Assembly: GCA_965261395.1 (NCBI GenBank)
Contig: OZ253462.1
Coordinates: 1,152,001 to 1,216,000, forward strand
Length of the DNA: 64,000 bases
Source of the DNA: Candidatus Latescibacterota bacterium
GTDB taxonomy: Bacteria > Latescibacterota > UBA2968 > UBA8231
Direction of reading: 5' to 3'
In this document: positions 37,599 through 47,205 of the stretch, piece by piece
Position numbering within the stretch: position 1 is the first letter of the stretch
Layout: every line of letters begins with the position of its first letter
Translations under genes and position numbers: made by a program
Notes under the pieces: model-generated
Database searches by the model: none
Told to the model about the DNA's origin: nothing
Seen by the model: the letters and a program-made list of their open reading frames with translations, nothing else

Positions 37599-39146
37599 AT
37601 GGACTACACTTCAAAGGTCCCCTATTACACCTTCCCCGACACCTTGGCGGAACAAGAAGAAGCGCTGGCGACCAACCCGCTGATGCAGCGCATGCTCGAA
37701 GCGCGCCGCTCGTACGTCGGCGACCCGCACCGCCCCATCTACCACTACATCAACCCCGAAGCCAATCTCAACGATCCCAACGGACTGTGCTTCTGGCAGG
37801 GCCGCTACCATCTCTTCTACCAAGCCTATCCACCGGAGGATACCCGCCAGCACTGGGGCCACGCCATCAGCGACGACCTCGTCCACTGGCGCGACCTGCC
37901 GTACTGCATTTACCCGAACCCGGAGCGCTGCTGTTTTTCGGGGGCCGCGCTAGTCGAGGAAGACCGCGTCATTGCCATGTACCACGGCACTGAGGTCGGC
38001 AACATGGTCGCCACCTCTTCGGACCCGCTATTGCTCAACTGGGAAAAGGTCGCCAACAAGGCCGTGATCCCCATCCACTCTGCCGACGGTTCCCCCCTGC
38101 CCTACCGAGTCTTCGACCCCTGCATTTGGAAGCAGGGCGACGCGTACTACTCGCTGTCGGCGGGCACCAAACCCGGAGGCCCGGCTGGCAAACCCGTCCG
38201 CGCCAACTTCCTCTTCAAGTCGAGAGATCTCGAACACTGGGAGTATCTCCACCCCTTCGTCGAGGATGACGGGTACACGCTAGTCGGCGACGACGGAGCC
38301 TGCCCCTATTTCTGGCCCATCGGCGATCGCCACATTCTCCTCTTCTTCAGCCATAGAAGCGGCGGTCAGTACCTGCTCGGCGACTACGACACTGAGCGCG
38401 ACAAGTTCGTCGTGACCTATGGTGCCAAGTTCAACTTTGGCGCGGCCGTGCCCTCGGGCGTCCACGCCCCATCGGCTACCCCCGATGGCCAAGGCGGCGT
38501 CTTGACCATCTTCAACATGAACCCCGGCAAACCGACCAAGGGCTGGAACCAGATTATGACCCTGCCTCGCCGGCTGACCGTCGTTGGCGACGACTTGGCT
38601 ATGGAGCCAGCCGGCGACCTAGAATCGCTCCGGCGGGACCACCAGCGCATCGGCAAAACCACGCTCCCTGCCAACGAAGAGCTGGTCCTCGATGCGGTCC
38701 GCGGCAACGCCATGGAAATCGTCGCCGAAATCGATCCCCAAGACGCGCCCATGATCGAACTCAACGTCCTGCGCGCTCCCGGCAGGGAGGAGTACACGCG
38801 CATTGCCTTCTTCAAAAACCGGGGCTTCAGCAACCGCGTCTTTGGCAGCGACCACCACCAGAGCTTGATCTCGCTCGACACCTCGTATTCTTCTGTCGCG
38901 CCCGACGTCCTCTCCCGCGCTCCGGAGACCGCCCCGGTCATCCTCACCCCAGGCGAGACGCTCAAGCTGCGGGTTTTCGTCGATAAGAGCGTCGTTGAAG
39001 TCTTTGCCAACGACCAGCAATGCGTGGCCGCACGGGTCTATCCCGACCGCGCCGACAGCGTCGGGGTTTCGCTGCGGGCACAGGGCCAGAGCGCCGAATT
39101 GGTCTCGCTCGACGCCTATCAAATGCAGGACATCTATGCGGAATAG
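37599..39146 (+). CDS. GH32-family glycoside hydrolase, divergent
   Basis: LNDPNG, YHLFYQ, HWGHA.S.DLVHW, FSG, FDP, C-terminal DKSVVEVFAN...ARVYP. Confidence 0.9.
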   Translation: MDYTSKVPYYTFPDTLAEQEEALATNPLMQRMLEARRSYVGDPHRPIYHYINPEANLNDPNGLCFWQGRYHLFYQAYPPEDTRQHWGHAISDDLVHWRDLPYCIYPNPERCCFSGAALVEEDRVIAMYHGTEVGNMVATSSDPLLLNWEKVANKAVIPIHSADGSPLPYRVFDPCIWKQGDAYYSLSAGTKPGGPAGKPVRANFLFKSRDLEHWEYLHPFVEDDGYTLVGDDGACPYFWPIGDRHILLFFSHRSGGQYLLGDYDTERDKFVVTYGAKFNFGAAVPSGVHAPSATPDGQGGVLTIFNMNPGKPTKGWNQIMTLPRRLTVVGDDLAMEPAGDLESLRRDHQRIGKTTLPANEELVLDAVRGNAMEIVAEIDPQDAPMIELNVLRAPGREEYTRIAFFKNRGFSNRVFGSDHHQSLISLDTSYSSVAPDVLSRAPETAPVILTPGETLKLRVFVDKSVVEVFANDQQCVAARVYPDRADSVGVSLRAQGQSAELVSLDAYQMQDIYAE

Positions 39147-39159
39147 AAAGGAGCACGCC

Positions 39160-39894
39160 ATGAACGAAGAAGAAAAATTCGTCTTTGACTTGGATGGCTA
39201 TCTGGTCATCAAAGACGTCCTCAGCCCGCAGGAGTTGGACGATCTCAACGCGCTGGTGGACCGGTATATCGCCGGCTGGGACAACCACCCGCGCAACGAC
39301 CTGAACAAGGTCAGTAGCTGGGGCCAAGCCAGCAAAAACCTGATCGACCACCCTAAAATCTTGCCCTACTTAACCGAGCTCATCGGCCCCAAGGTCCGAA
39401 TTGACCACGACTACGCCATTATCATGAATCGCGGCGACGCCCGGGGCGGTCTGCACGGCGGCCCCAGCCAAGATACCGACCACTGGTTCAGTTACCGCGA
39501 CGGCCAAATGCGCAATGGCCTAAGCGTGGTGACCTTTTTTCTCGCCGACGCCAATGAGGGCGACGGCGGTTTTGCCTGCGTGCCGGGCAGCCACAAGACC
39601 AACTACCCCCGCAACCTGCCCCAAGATGTCAGGCGCTTCGAGCGCGACGCGCATTACGTGGTCCAACCTACGGCCAAGGCCGGGGATGCGCTGTTCTTTA
39701 CCGAGGCCCTCATTCACGGCACCATGCCGTGGCGCGCCGAGCACCAACGCCGCACCTTGCTCTATAAGTACAGCCCCGGCTACTCGACGTGGGCCAAGGA
39801 GTTTTACGACCTAGAAGAGTACGGCGAGCTGACCGAGCGCCAAAAGCGCATCATGGCTACCCCTTCGATCCACGAACACCCCGAGATCGTTTAA
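39160..39894 (+). CDS. PhyH-family Fe(II)/2OG enzyme with HxG motif
   Basis: RBS GAAAGGAG; FDLDGYLV, LHGGP, VPGSHK, LIHGT, RRTLLYKY. Confidence 0.85.
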   Translation: MNEEEKFVFDLDGYLVIKDVLSPQELDDLNALVDRYIAGWDNHPRNDLNKVSSWGQASKNLIDHPKILPYLTELIGPKVRIDHDYAIIMNRGDARGGLHGGPSQDTDHWFSYRDGQMRNGLSVVTFFLADANEGDGGFACVPGSHKTNYPRNLPQDVRRFERDAHYVVQPTAKAGDALFFTEALIHGTMPWRAEHQRRTLLYKYSPGYSTWAKEFYDLEEYGELTERQKRIMATPSIHEHPEIV

Positions 39895-39909
39895 CGCAAG
39901 GAGCACAAT

Positions 39910-40695
39910 ATGTCCGATCCATATTCGCTACATGGAAAAAAAGCCTTCGTCACGGGCGGCAAGCGCCGTATTGGTCGCGGCATCGCCCTTGCTTTAGCCG
40001 AAGCTGGCTGCGACGTGGGGATCAACGACCTGCACGACGACGACGATGCCGGCAAAACCCTGCGCTTGATCCGCTCCCTAGGCCGCGAGGCCGAGTTCTT
40101 CGCTGGCGATATTTCCGCTAGCGACCAAGTCGAGGCGATGTTCGCGGCCTTTCTCGAACGGTTTGGCCGCATCGACATCTTGGTCAACAATCCCTACGGC
40201 GGCACGGGCGAGCCCTTTCTCGAACTCAGCGAGGAGAATTGGGACCAAAACCTCGATGTGGGCCTCAAGGGGTTTTTCCTGTGCTCGCAGCAAGCGGCGC
40301 GCGCCATGGTGGCGCAGGGCGACGGGGGAGCCATCGTCAGCACCTCTTCGGTGCACGGGCGTCGGGCGTGGAAGAACGACACCGCGTACGGGGCCGCCAA
40401 AGCCGGCGTCTTGCGTCTGACCGAAAGCATGGCCGTTGACTTGGGCGAGTACGGAATCCGCTGCAACGCCATCATGCCCGGATACATGGACACCGATCAC
40501 GTCTTTAACGAACCGCCTCCGGCGCTGGGCATCCTTGGGGAGCAGCACCATGATATAGTTCCCCTGCGTCGTCCGGGAACCCCCGAAGACATTGGCCGGG
40601 CCGTGGTCTTCCTCTGCTCGCCAGCCGCTGGCTGCATCACCGGGGCGTCCCTGCCGGTGGATGGGGGTCTTTTGGCCGCCTCGGCCGCTCAGTAG
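39910..40695 (+). CDS. Classical SDR oxidoreductase
   Basis: TGGKRRIG, LVNN, SSV, YGAAK, VDGG. Confidence 0.9.
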   Translation: MSDPYSLHGKKAFVTGGKRRIGRGIALALAEAGCDVGINDLHDDDDAGKTLRLIRSLGREAEFFAGDISASDQVEAMFAAFLERFGRIDILVNNPYGGTGEPFLELSEENWDQNLDVGLKGFFLCSQQAARAMVAQGDGGAIVSTSSVHGRRAWKNDTAYGAAKAGVLRLTESMAVDLGEYGIRCNAIMPGYMDTDHVFNEPPPALGILGEQHHDIVPLRRPGTPEDIGRAVVFLCSPAAGCITGASLPVDGGLLAASAAQ

Positions 40696-40718
40696 GGTAC
40701 TCGACTGCGCTCATCGGC

Positions 40719-42638
40719 ATGCCCAAATCGCCTTTCAGCATCAAGGGACTGCTAATCGGCATAGCCTTCTCCCTAGCGGTGGGCCTGCTCGCGCCGTATG
40801 GGGTCGTGTTCAATTACTATTGGGTCGGCTTCAATCCCTCTTCGCCGGGTGCGCTCTTTCTCTTTTTTGTTCTGACCTTTGCCGTCAATGGGTTCGTGGC
40901 CCTGATCGGCCGCCATTTCGCCCTGTCCAAGGCCGATCTGGTGCTGATTTACTGCATGTTGATGATGGCGGTCACGGTGCCGACTTGGGGCCTGATGTTT
41001 TTCCTCATTGGCACCATTGTCTATCCCTTCTACTACGCTACCCCAGAAAACAATTACGTCGAGCTGTTCTACGATTTTATCCCCTCGTGGATCGCACCGC
41101 AGGACTTTGAGGCCATCAAGAATTACTACGAGGGCCTGCCACAAGGCGAGGCCATCCCGTGGGGCGTCTGGGTGGAGCCGATGGCCTATTGGCTGGCGTT
41201 GATCGTGGCTATGAGCTTCATGTTGATCTGCATGAGCGCCATCCTCCACCGCCAGTGGTCGGAGCACGAGCGACTGACCTATCCGATGGTTCAGCTACCG
41301 CAGAACATGATTGAGAAGGACGCTGCCGCACGCCTAGCCCCCTTTTTCAAGGACCGGCGGATGTGGCTGGGGTTTGCCGTGCCCTTCCTCCTGCTCAGCC
41401 TCAACGCCCTCAACCACTACTTTCCCATTGTGCCCGAATACAACCCTCGCGGTCGTTTTTCCTTCTTCAACCATACCTTGCACCTGCCGATTGCGCTCAA
41501 TTTGGCTTGGGTCGGCTTCTTCTATTTGGTCAATCTCGAGATCACGTTCAGCATCTGGTTCTTCTACGTCTTCTCCAAGGTGGAGGAAGGGGTCTTCAAG
41601 ACCCTCGGCATTGCCAGCACTGAGCGCCTGAGCGCGTACGAGTACTCGCAGCCGGCCGATTTGACCCATCAAGCCACGGGCGCGGTCATTGTGTTGGTGC
41701 TCTTTGGGCTGTGGGTCGCCCGTCCCCATCTCAGAGAGGTATGGTGCAAACTCTGGGACCCGCGCGGCGGCGTCGATGACAGCGAGGAATTACTCAGCTA
41801 TCGCACGGCCTTGGTCGGCTTTTTGGGCAGCCTGCTCTTTGTCGCCGTTTGGCTCTGGCGTTCGGGAGTGCCGATTGCGGTGCTCCCAGTCCTGCTCGTC
41901 GTCAGCTTGCTGTTCTTCATCTTGGTCGCGCGCGTGGTGGCTACCGGCGGCGTGGCCACCGCCCGCAGCCCCATTGTCCCGGCGTTCTTCATCATTTCGG
42001 GTTTGGGCACTTCGGTCCTCGGGGCCAAGGGCTTGGTCGCTCTCAACTTCACCTTTATTTGGCAGGGAGAATCGCGCACCTCGCCGATGGTCGCCTGCGC
42101 CAATGGCCTCAAGCTCGCCGAGCTGATCCCCGGCCCTAAGACGCGGCTGTTTTGGGGTCTGATGCTGGCGCTGGTGTGCAGCCTTTTGGCCGCGGCCTAT
42201 ATGACCTTGAAACTGGCCTACACCCACGGAGCGATTAATCTGTCGCTGATCAATTGGGCTGGTGCCCACGGCTGGCCCTACCTCGGTCCGACCATTATCA
42301 ACATGCCTGAAGCCAACATGCGCGGCTGGCTCTTCAAGGGGATCGGCGCGGTCGTGGAGGGCTTTCTAATGTGGGCGCAGCACCGGTGGTTTTGGTGGCC
42401 TTTGCACCCGGTCGGCTTTGCTATTGCCGTGGGCTGGCTGACGAGTCAGATCTGGTTTTCGGCGCTGATCGCGTGGCTCTTGAAGCTGGTCATCGTCCGC
42501 TTTGGTGGCGTGCGCCTATTCCAGAATGCCAAGCCGTTCTTTTTGGGGTTGATTTTGGGCGAGGTTTCGGTCTCGGGGGTGTGGGGCGCGATCTATGCGC
42601 TGACCGCGGAAAAAGGGCGCTGGCTGACGAACATGTAG
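40719..42638 (+). CDS. Polytopic membrane protein, DUF6785/DUF6784-like putative transporter
   Basis: Many TM helices; RQWSEHERLTYP, WWPLHPVG, PFFLGLILGE. Confidence 0.7.
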   Translation: MPKSPFSIKGLLIGIAFSLAVGLLAPYGVVFNYYWVGFNPSSPGALFLFFVLTFAVNGFVALIGRHFALSKADLVLIYCMLMMAVTVPTWGLMFFLIGTIVYPFYYATPENNYVELFYDFIPSWIAPQDFEAIKNYYEGLPQGEAIPWGVWVEPMAYWLALIVAMSFMLICMSAILHRQWSEHERLTYPMVQLPQNMIEKDAAARLAPFFKDRRMWLGFAVPFLLLSLNALNHYFPIVPEYNPRGRFSFFNHTLHLPIALNLAWVGFFYLVNLEITFSIWFFYVFSKVEEGVFKTLGIASTERLSAYEYSQPADLTHQATGAVIVLVLFGLWVARPHLREVWCKLWDPRGGVDDSEELLSYRTALVGFLGSLLFVAVWLWRSGVPIAVLPVLLVVSLLFFILVARVVATGGVATARSPIVPAFFIISGLGTSVLGAKGLVALNFTFIWQGESRTSPMVACANGLKLAELIPGPKTRLFWGLMLALVCSLLAAAYMTLKLAYTHGAINLSLINWAGAHGWPYLGPTIINMPEANMRGWLFKGIGAVVEGFLMWAQHRWFWWPLHPVGFAIAVGWLTSQIWFSALIAWLLKLVIVRFGGVRLFQNAKPFFLGLILGEVSVSGVWGAIYALTAEKGRWLTNM

Positions 42639-42642
42639 CGAA

Positions 42643-43449
42643 TCAACAGGGCGGCCGCACCCAATGCCGCAATAGCGGCTTCACCTCTTCGGGCAATGCG
42701 CGATAGACTTCTGTGGGCAACAGGGTGGTGCCCGCCCCGAGTTCCTCGTCGCTCAAGCCTGTTTCCTCTATGAGACGCTGGCGCTCGGGCGTGCCCGGTG
42801 GCATGGACGGGTCTTGGGCGAGCCACCAGGGGAAATACGCCATAACCAAGCCGACCCGATCTTCGTCGCTGTTGTTGCTGCCGCTGCCGTGCCAAGTGCG
42901 GGCGTCGAACAGCACCACGCTGCCGGCCGGTCCAGTGGCCTGTATTTGGCCGGGGTGGGGAACGGGCAGGTCGAGTCCGCCGGTGCGATTGTTGTCCGCT
43001 CGATGGCTGCCTGGCACCAGCAAGGTGCCGCCGTTTTCTTGGGTGAACGGCGACAACATCCAAACTGCGGTGACCTTGGCGATGAAGTCCTGATACGGCG
43101 CGTCCATCCGCATGGGAGCCGATTGGATGTAGGGACCATCCGCGTGCAGGCTGCCTCCTTGGCAGCCCGGCTTGGAGACAAACCCTTTGGCGGTGCGCAT
43201 GCGCACGTAGGGCCCCCACAAGGCGCGCAGCGGTCCCAGAATTGCCTCATGGGCTAGGTACGGGGCAAAAGACTGGTTGACATTGAGGACGTCGGGAATG
43301 TCGATGCTGTCGGCATCTGGACGGACGTACTCGGCTGCGGTGGCTGCGATACTTTGTCGCACCCCATTGACTTCCGCTGCGGGGATGACGTTTTCGATGA
43401 GACACCATCCGTGTAGCTTAAGGTGAAAAAGGGTTTCTTCAACGGTCAT
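42643..43449 (-). CDS. PhyH-family Fe(II)/2OG dioxygenase
   Basis: HGWCLIENVI, LHAD, NGGTLLVPGSH, WHGSG.N.S..DR. Confidence 0.9.
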   Translation of the reverse strand: MTVEETLFHLKLHGWCLIENVIPAAEVNGVRQSIAATAAEYVRPDADSIDIPDVLNVNQSFAPYLAHEAILGPLRALWGPYVRMRTAKGFVSKPGCQGGSLHADGPYIQSAPMRMDAPYQDFIAKVTAVWMLSPFTQENGGTLLVPGSHRADNNRTGGLDLPVPHPGQIQATGPAGSVVLFDARTWHGSGSNNSDEDRVGLVMAYFPWWLAQDPSMPPGTPERQRLIEETGLSDEELGAGTTLLPTEVYRALPEEVKPLLRHWVRPPC

Positions 43450-43520
43450 GGTTTGTGTATCCCAGTGTCAGTTGATGATTGAATCAATAGCGGCCAAAAA
43501 AGGCGCTGGTCAGATGCCAG

Positions 43521-44975
43521 TCAAGTCAGCTCGTGCCTTGCCACGTAAATCGCGTATAGCTTTGGATCTTCGGGACGGATTCCGGCAAAGTTGAGGCGAA
43601 TGCGAATGGCTCCATCCCGGTGCTCGATCCATTCTTGGTTGGCCCATCTCACTGTCTGCTGCAATCCCGATTCGAGGGGCTGACAGTGCTCGGCGGTATA
43701 ACCGGCTAGGGGCCGGAAGTATTCGTCGAGGATTTCAACCGTTACCTGACCATATTCCGACAAGCCGTCGATGTTCAGCGCGACCTGCGCAGGTTGATCC
43801 TCTAGGTCAATCGGGGCTGAGATCACATGGCGGGTCTGCGGTGAACGGGGGGCGTCGAACACTTGGAAGTATCCGAGACGATCCCGCTGCCAGCTCGCTA
43901 GCCGGACGCCGTCACTGATGCTTTCCGGCCAAGGTGCGTACCAGAACAGCGTCTCATCGCCGACGTTTTCAAACCCCTGTCCCTGCACGAGTGCCGAGTG
44001 TTTGAAGCTGAATTCTGCGGGTAAGTGATAGAAACCGTCCTCGCCCGCGGTCACCATGCGAAAGTCGGGAATGGGTTCGCGGTAGTGCAGGGCGTCGTTG
44101 CTGACCACCAGACCAAGATCCATAGTAACGTGCCGCCGGTCGTCGTTTTCCGGCCCGTGCCACTGGCCGTACAGTCCGATGATCACGTTACCGCGATTCC
44201 ACAGGGCGGCACCGAGATGCACCTGTTCTCCCTGGTGCGGCCCGTACACCATGGGGCGCGGCGGGATGTTTTCGCGCCGCAAGCCGAGGCAGGAGGCCTG
44301 CTGCCAGCGTTCAAAATCGTATGAGACGAAGGTCACCAGTTGCCGCAGGCTGCCGAAATGACTGCCGCCATGGCCGCTGAGATAGTAGCAGCCGTTAAAT
44401 CTTGTGCCGCCGGTCATCTCGCACGACGGTAGCTCGGGCTGCCGCTCCGGTTCGTGCCAGCGCAGGCCATCGGCACTGAAGGCGACGGCGAACTTGGGCG
44501 AATACTTGCTCGTTTCGATGATCGCTTTGAAGCGTCGCGTGGGGTCTGGATCGTCGGGTTCGTAAAATACCACACACGCCTGAATGTGGTGTTCGCTGTC
44601 TAGGATGTGTACCAGATTGTTGGCTGTTGAGCCGCGATATTCCACCAAGCCAAGGTTTGGTTTCTCCCAGTGGTAGCCGTCGCGGCTCTTGGCGAAACAC
44701 ACCCGTTGATGCCAGTGCTCGTCATCGCCGTGCCCGAGATACCACATCCACAGTTCATCGCCTACGCGCAGCACTGTGCCGTAGTAGATGACGCGGGCAC
44801 AGTCTGGTGCGCCGGGCGGGCTAGGAGGAATCACAATCCTAGTGCGGTCAACGCCAGATTTATAGGGCACGAGGTGGAGTCTGACGCCGTGCTGAAATGG
44901 GATACTGTAGTCGTCAAAGGGGAACAATACGAGGTGATCGGAAGGTGCGCGTTCGGGGTTGTTCTTGAGTATCAT
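43521..44975 (-). CDS. Hypothetical beta-propeller protein (glycosidase-like)
   Basis: Start MILKNN at 44975; YGTVL...WMWY, SRDGYHWEKPNLGLV, SADGLRW, SYDFERW (Asp-box-like). Confidence 0.6.
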   Translation of the reverse strand: MILKNNPERAPSDHLVLFPFDDYSIPFQHGVRLHLVPYKSGVDRTRIVIPPSPPGAPDCARVIYYGTVLRVGDELWMWYLGHGDDEHWHQRVCFAKSRDGYHWEKPNLGLVEYRGSTANNLVHILDSEHHIQACVVFYEPDDPDPTRRFKAIIETSKYSPKFAVAFSADGLRWHEPERQPELPSCEMTGGTRFNGCYYLSGHGGSHFGSLRQLVTFVSYDFERWQQASCLGLRRENIPPRPMVYGPHQGEQVHLGAALWNRGNVIIGLYGQWHGPENDDRRHVTMDLGLVVSNDALHYREPIPDFRMVTAGEDGFYHLPAEFSFKHSALVQGQGFENVGDETLFWYAPWPESISDGVRLASWQRDRLGYFQVFDAPRSPQTRHVISAPIDLEDQPAQVALNIDGLSEYGQVTVEILDEYFRPLAGYTAEHCQPLESGLQQTVRWANQEWIEHRDGAIRIRLNFAGIRPEDPKLYAIYVARHELT

Positions 44976-45028
44976 GGATGAACCTCGCTGAGGGCAGGAG
45001 GACTGTGTTATATACGCATTTTGGGTAT

Positions 45029-45056
45029 GAGATGCTTCGCTTCGCTCAGCATGACA
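45029..45056. repeat. REP-like intergenic repeat
   Basis: GAGATGCTTCGCTTCGCTCAGCATGACA matches the common TGTCATGCTGAGCGxAGCGAAGCATCTC repeat type. Confidence 0.65.
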
Positions 45057-45091
45057 AGTTGTTTTTTCGGCCAACCGTTTTCAACCGCGTC

Positions 45092-46348
45092 TTAGTCCTC
45101 TTCTAGGGAGTCGTACACGATCTTCTTGACGACTCGGCTGAGGTCGGAGAAGGGCATGTATTGGGCGAGAGTGATCGCCACTAGCTCAGACTGCGGCGCA
45201 ATCCAGAACTCGGTGCTGGCTCCGCCGATCCAGCCGTATTCGCCGATCTGCGAGGCCGGCACCCAAGCGGACGGTTGCACCCGAACGGAAAAGCCCAGCC
45301 CAAAGCCCAGCCCTTGGTAGCGCTCCTGCGGTTGTTTTTTGATGGGTATCAGCGACATGGGTAACTGGTTGCTGGTCATCAGTTCGACCGTATCTGCTTG
45401 CAGCAGTCGTTGTCCAGCCAGCGCGCCCTTTCCCGCCAGCATCAGGCAAAAGCGCAAATAGTCGATGCCGGTGGAGACCAGTCCGCCGCCGCAGGAGAGG
45501 AACTTGGGCCGCTCTTGAAAGCTCCACTTGGTTGCGGTGCCACCCTGCGGGGCGTCAATGGCCTGCAAGCCGCCGGTGGGGTGCGGGCCGTACATGGCTG
45601 CAAACCGATGGAGTTTGTCCGCTGGGACGTGGAACCCGGTGTCCTCCATGCCCAGCGGTTGAAAGATCCGCTCGGCGAGGAATTCGTCGAACAGGCGGCC
45701 CGAAGCTACCTCTACGAGCCGTCCGACAATGTCGGCTGCAATGCTGTAGTACCACTGCGTTCCGGGGTGGAACAGGAGCTGGACGCGGTTGAGGTGGGCC
45801 ACTAGTTCCCGCAGGTCGCATTCACTCAGAGGGGGTAACCCGGCCTCGCGGTAGAGCGTATCGACGGCGACGTTGCCGGGCAGGCCGGAGGTGTGCCGCA
45901 GCAGATCGCGGACGGTCATTGCGTCCCCCGTGCGGAGGACGGACTGCACTCGTTTTGCTGCCGTTGGGTTGGGGGCGACTCGCATTCCCTTCAGTTCAGG
46001 GAGGTAATTTGCAACCGGGGCATCGAGTTGCAGTTTGCCATCCTCGTAGAGCATCATCGCGGCCGCGCTGCCGACCGCCTTGGTCATCGAATAGATGCGG
46101 AAGATGGCGTCCTTGTCCATTGGCGCGTCGGCCTCGACATCCATCTTGCCGCGTGCCTCGAAGTAGGCTACCGCACCGCGCCGAGCGACGATGATGACCG
46201 CGCCGGCGAGCTGCTGGGCGTCAATGAAGCTCTGCACGGCCGCGTCGAGCCGGTCGCTTAGCGCGGGCGCAAAGCCGAGTTGCTGAGGAGCCGATGTTGG
46301 GAGGGGCGTATCGCGGTGCCGCGCCGCGTGGAGTGGTTGCTTGGTCAT
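45092..46348 (-). CDS. Serine hydrolase, beta-lactamase/esterase family VIII
   Basis: FRIYSMTK, LLRHTSG, WYYS, PLGMEDTGF, GGGLVST. Confidence 0.9.
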   Translation of the reverse strand: MTKQPLHAARHRDTPLPTSAPQQLGFAPALSDRLDAAVQSFIDAQQLAGAVIIVARRGAVAYFEARGKMDVEADAPMDKDAIFRIYSMTKAVGSAAAMMLYEDGKLQLDAPVANYLPELKGMRVAPNPTAAKRVQSVLRTGDAMTVRDLLRHTSGLPGNVAVDTLYREAGLPPLSECDLRELVAHLNRVQLLFHPGTQWYYSIAADIVGRLVEVASGRLFDEFLAERIFQPLGMEDTGFHVPADKLHRFAAMYGPHPTGGLQAIDAPQGGTATKWSFQERPKFLSCGGGLVSTGIDYLRFCLMLAGKGALAGQRLLQADTVELMTSNQLPMSLIPIKKQPQERYQGLGFGLGFSVRVQPSAWVPASQIGEYGWIGGASTEFWIAPQSELVAITLAQYMPFSDLSRVVKKIVYDSLEED

Positions 46349-46432
46349 CCGTTCTCCCCAATGTTATATGCGAGCGAGTGGTTGTGCATAATACTCTAAA
46401 ACCTTTTAAACACCGAGAGAAGGAAGAAAGTT

Positions 46433-47062
46433 ATGCCGATGTTCAGAAGTGAGGACCAGTATCCCAATTGGTGTGAGTTGGAGCATTTTGAGGTCGTGCG
46501 GCTCAACGCAGGCGATGAACACGGCTTTGCGCGCCGTGGCAAGGTGGAGAAGCTGATCGTGGGAGTTGGGCGCTGTCGGCTGCGGGTGGGTGCCGAGGAG
46601 GTCGAAGCCGCCACGGGTGCCAATCTGGATTTGGTCGGTGCGGGTTCTTTTGAGGTACTGGAGGTAGAAGAGGCGGCCACGCTGGTGCGCTTTTGCGGAC
46701 GCTGGGGAGCGAAGACGGGCGGTTCGGGCATCTTCAACATGGACAATAGTCCCCAGCCCGAGGATAAGGGCGACCCGGTCCCGTACGAGAAATGGACCAA
46801 TTTCGATTGCCACTTTCACGACTGCGACGAGTATTGGGTCATCGTGGAAGGTCAGGCCCGCGCCGTTTCCGAGGGCAAGACGTACGAAATGAAGCCGGGA
46901 GACTGCCTTGCCACGGGCATGGGGCACCATCACGATATGCCGTTGGTGCATGAGCCGGTGCGGGGGGTGTACTTTGAAACGACCCTAGAAGGCCAGAAGC
47001 GGCGAGGGCATTTGTGGGATCATACTCACGGTCAGGCCGAACCCCAGGCGGAACGGGTGTAG
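46433..47062 (+). CDS. Cupin-domain protein
   Basis: HFHDCDEYW...G...PGD...GHHHD. Confidence 0.85.
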   Translation: MPMFRSEDQYPNWCELEHFEVVRLNAGDEHGFARRGKVEKLIVGVGRCRLRVGAEEVEAATGANLDLVGAGSFEVLEVEEAATLVRFCGRWGAKTGGSGIFNMDNSPQPEDKGDPVPYEKWTNFDCHFHDCDEYWVIVEGQARAVSEGKTYEMKPGDCLATGMGHHHDMPLVHEPVRGVYFETTLEGQKRRGHLWDHTHGQAEPQAERV

Positions 47063-47205
47063 CAGATCGCCTCGCATGGTCCTGTTCGAGGACATCACGC
47101 TTAAGCCGCCGAGCGGCGAGATCCCCAAAGTACCCGTGTCCATGCATCCCTACTTCGACAAGTGAAGGCCGTGTTGCTGAGACGCCCCCTCAGACTCCGA
47201 GCGGG

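Noticed and set aside
45092-46348. Beta-lactam resistance gene
   Set aside because: No signal peptide, and the motifs fit family VIII esterase-like hydrolases.
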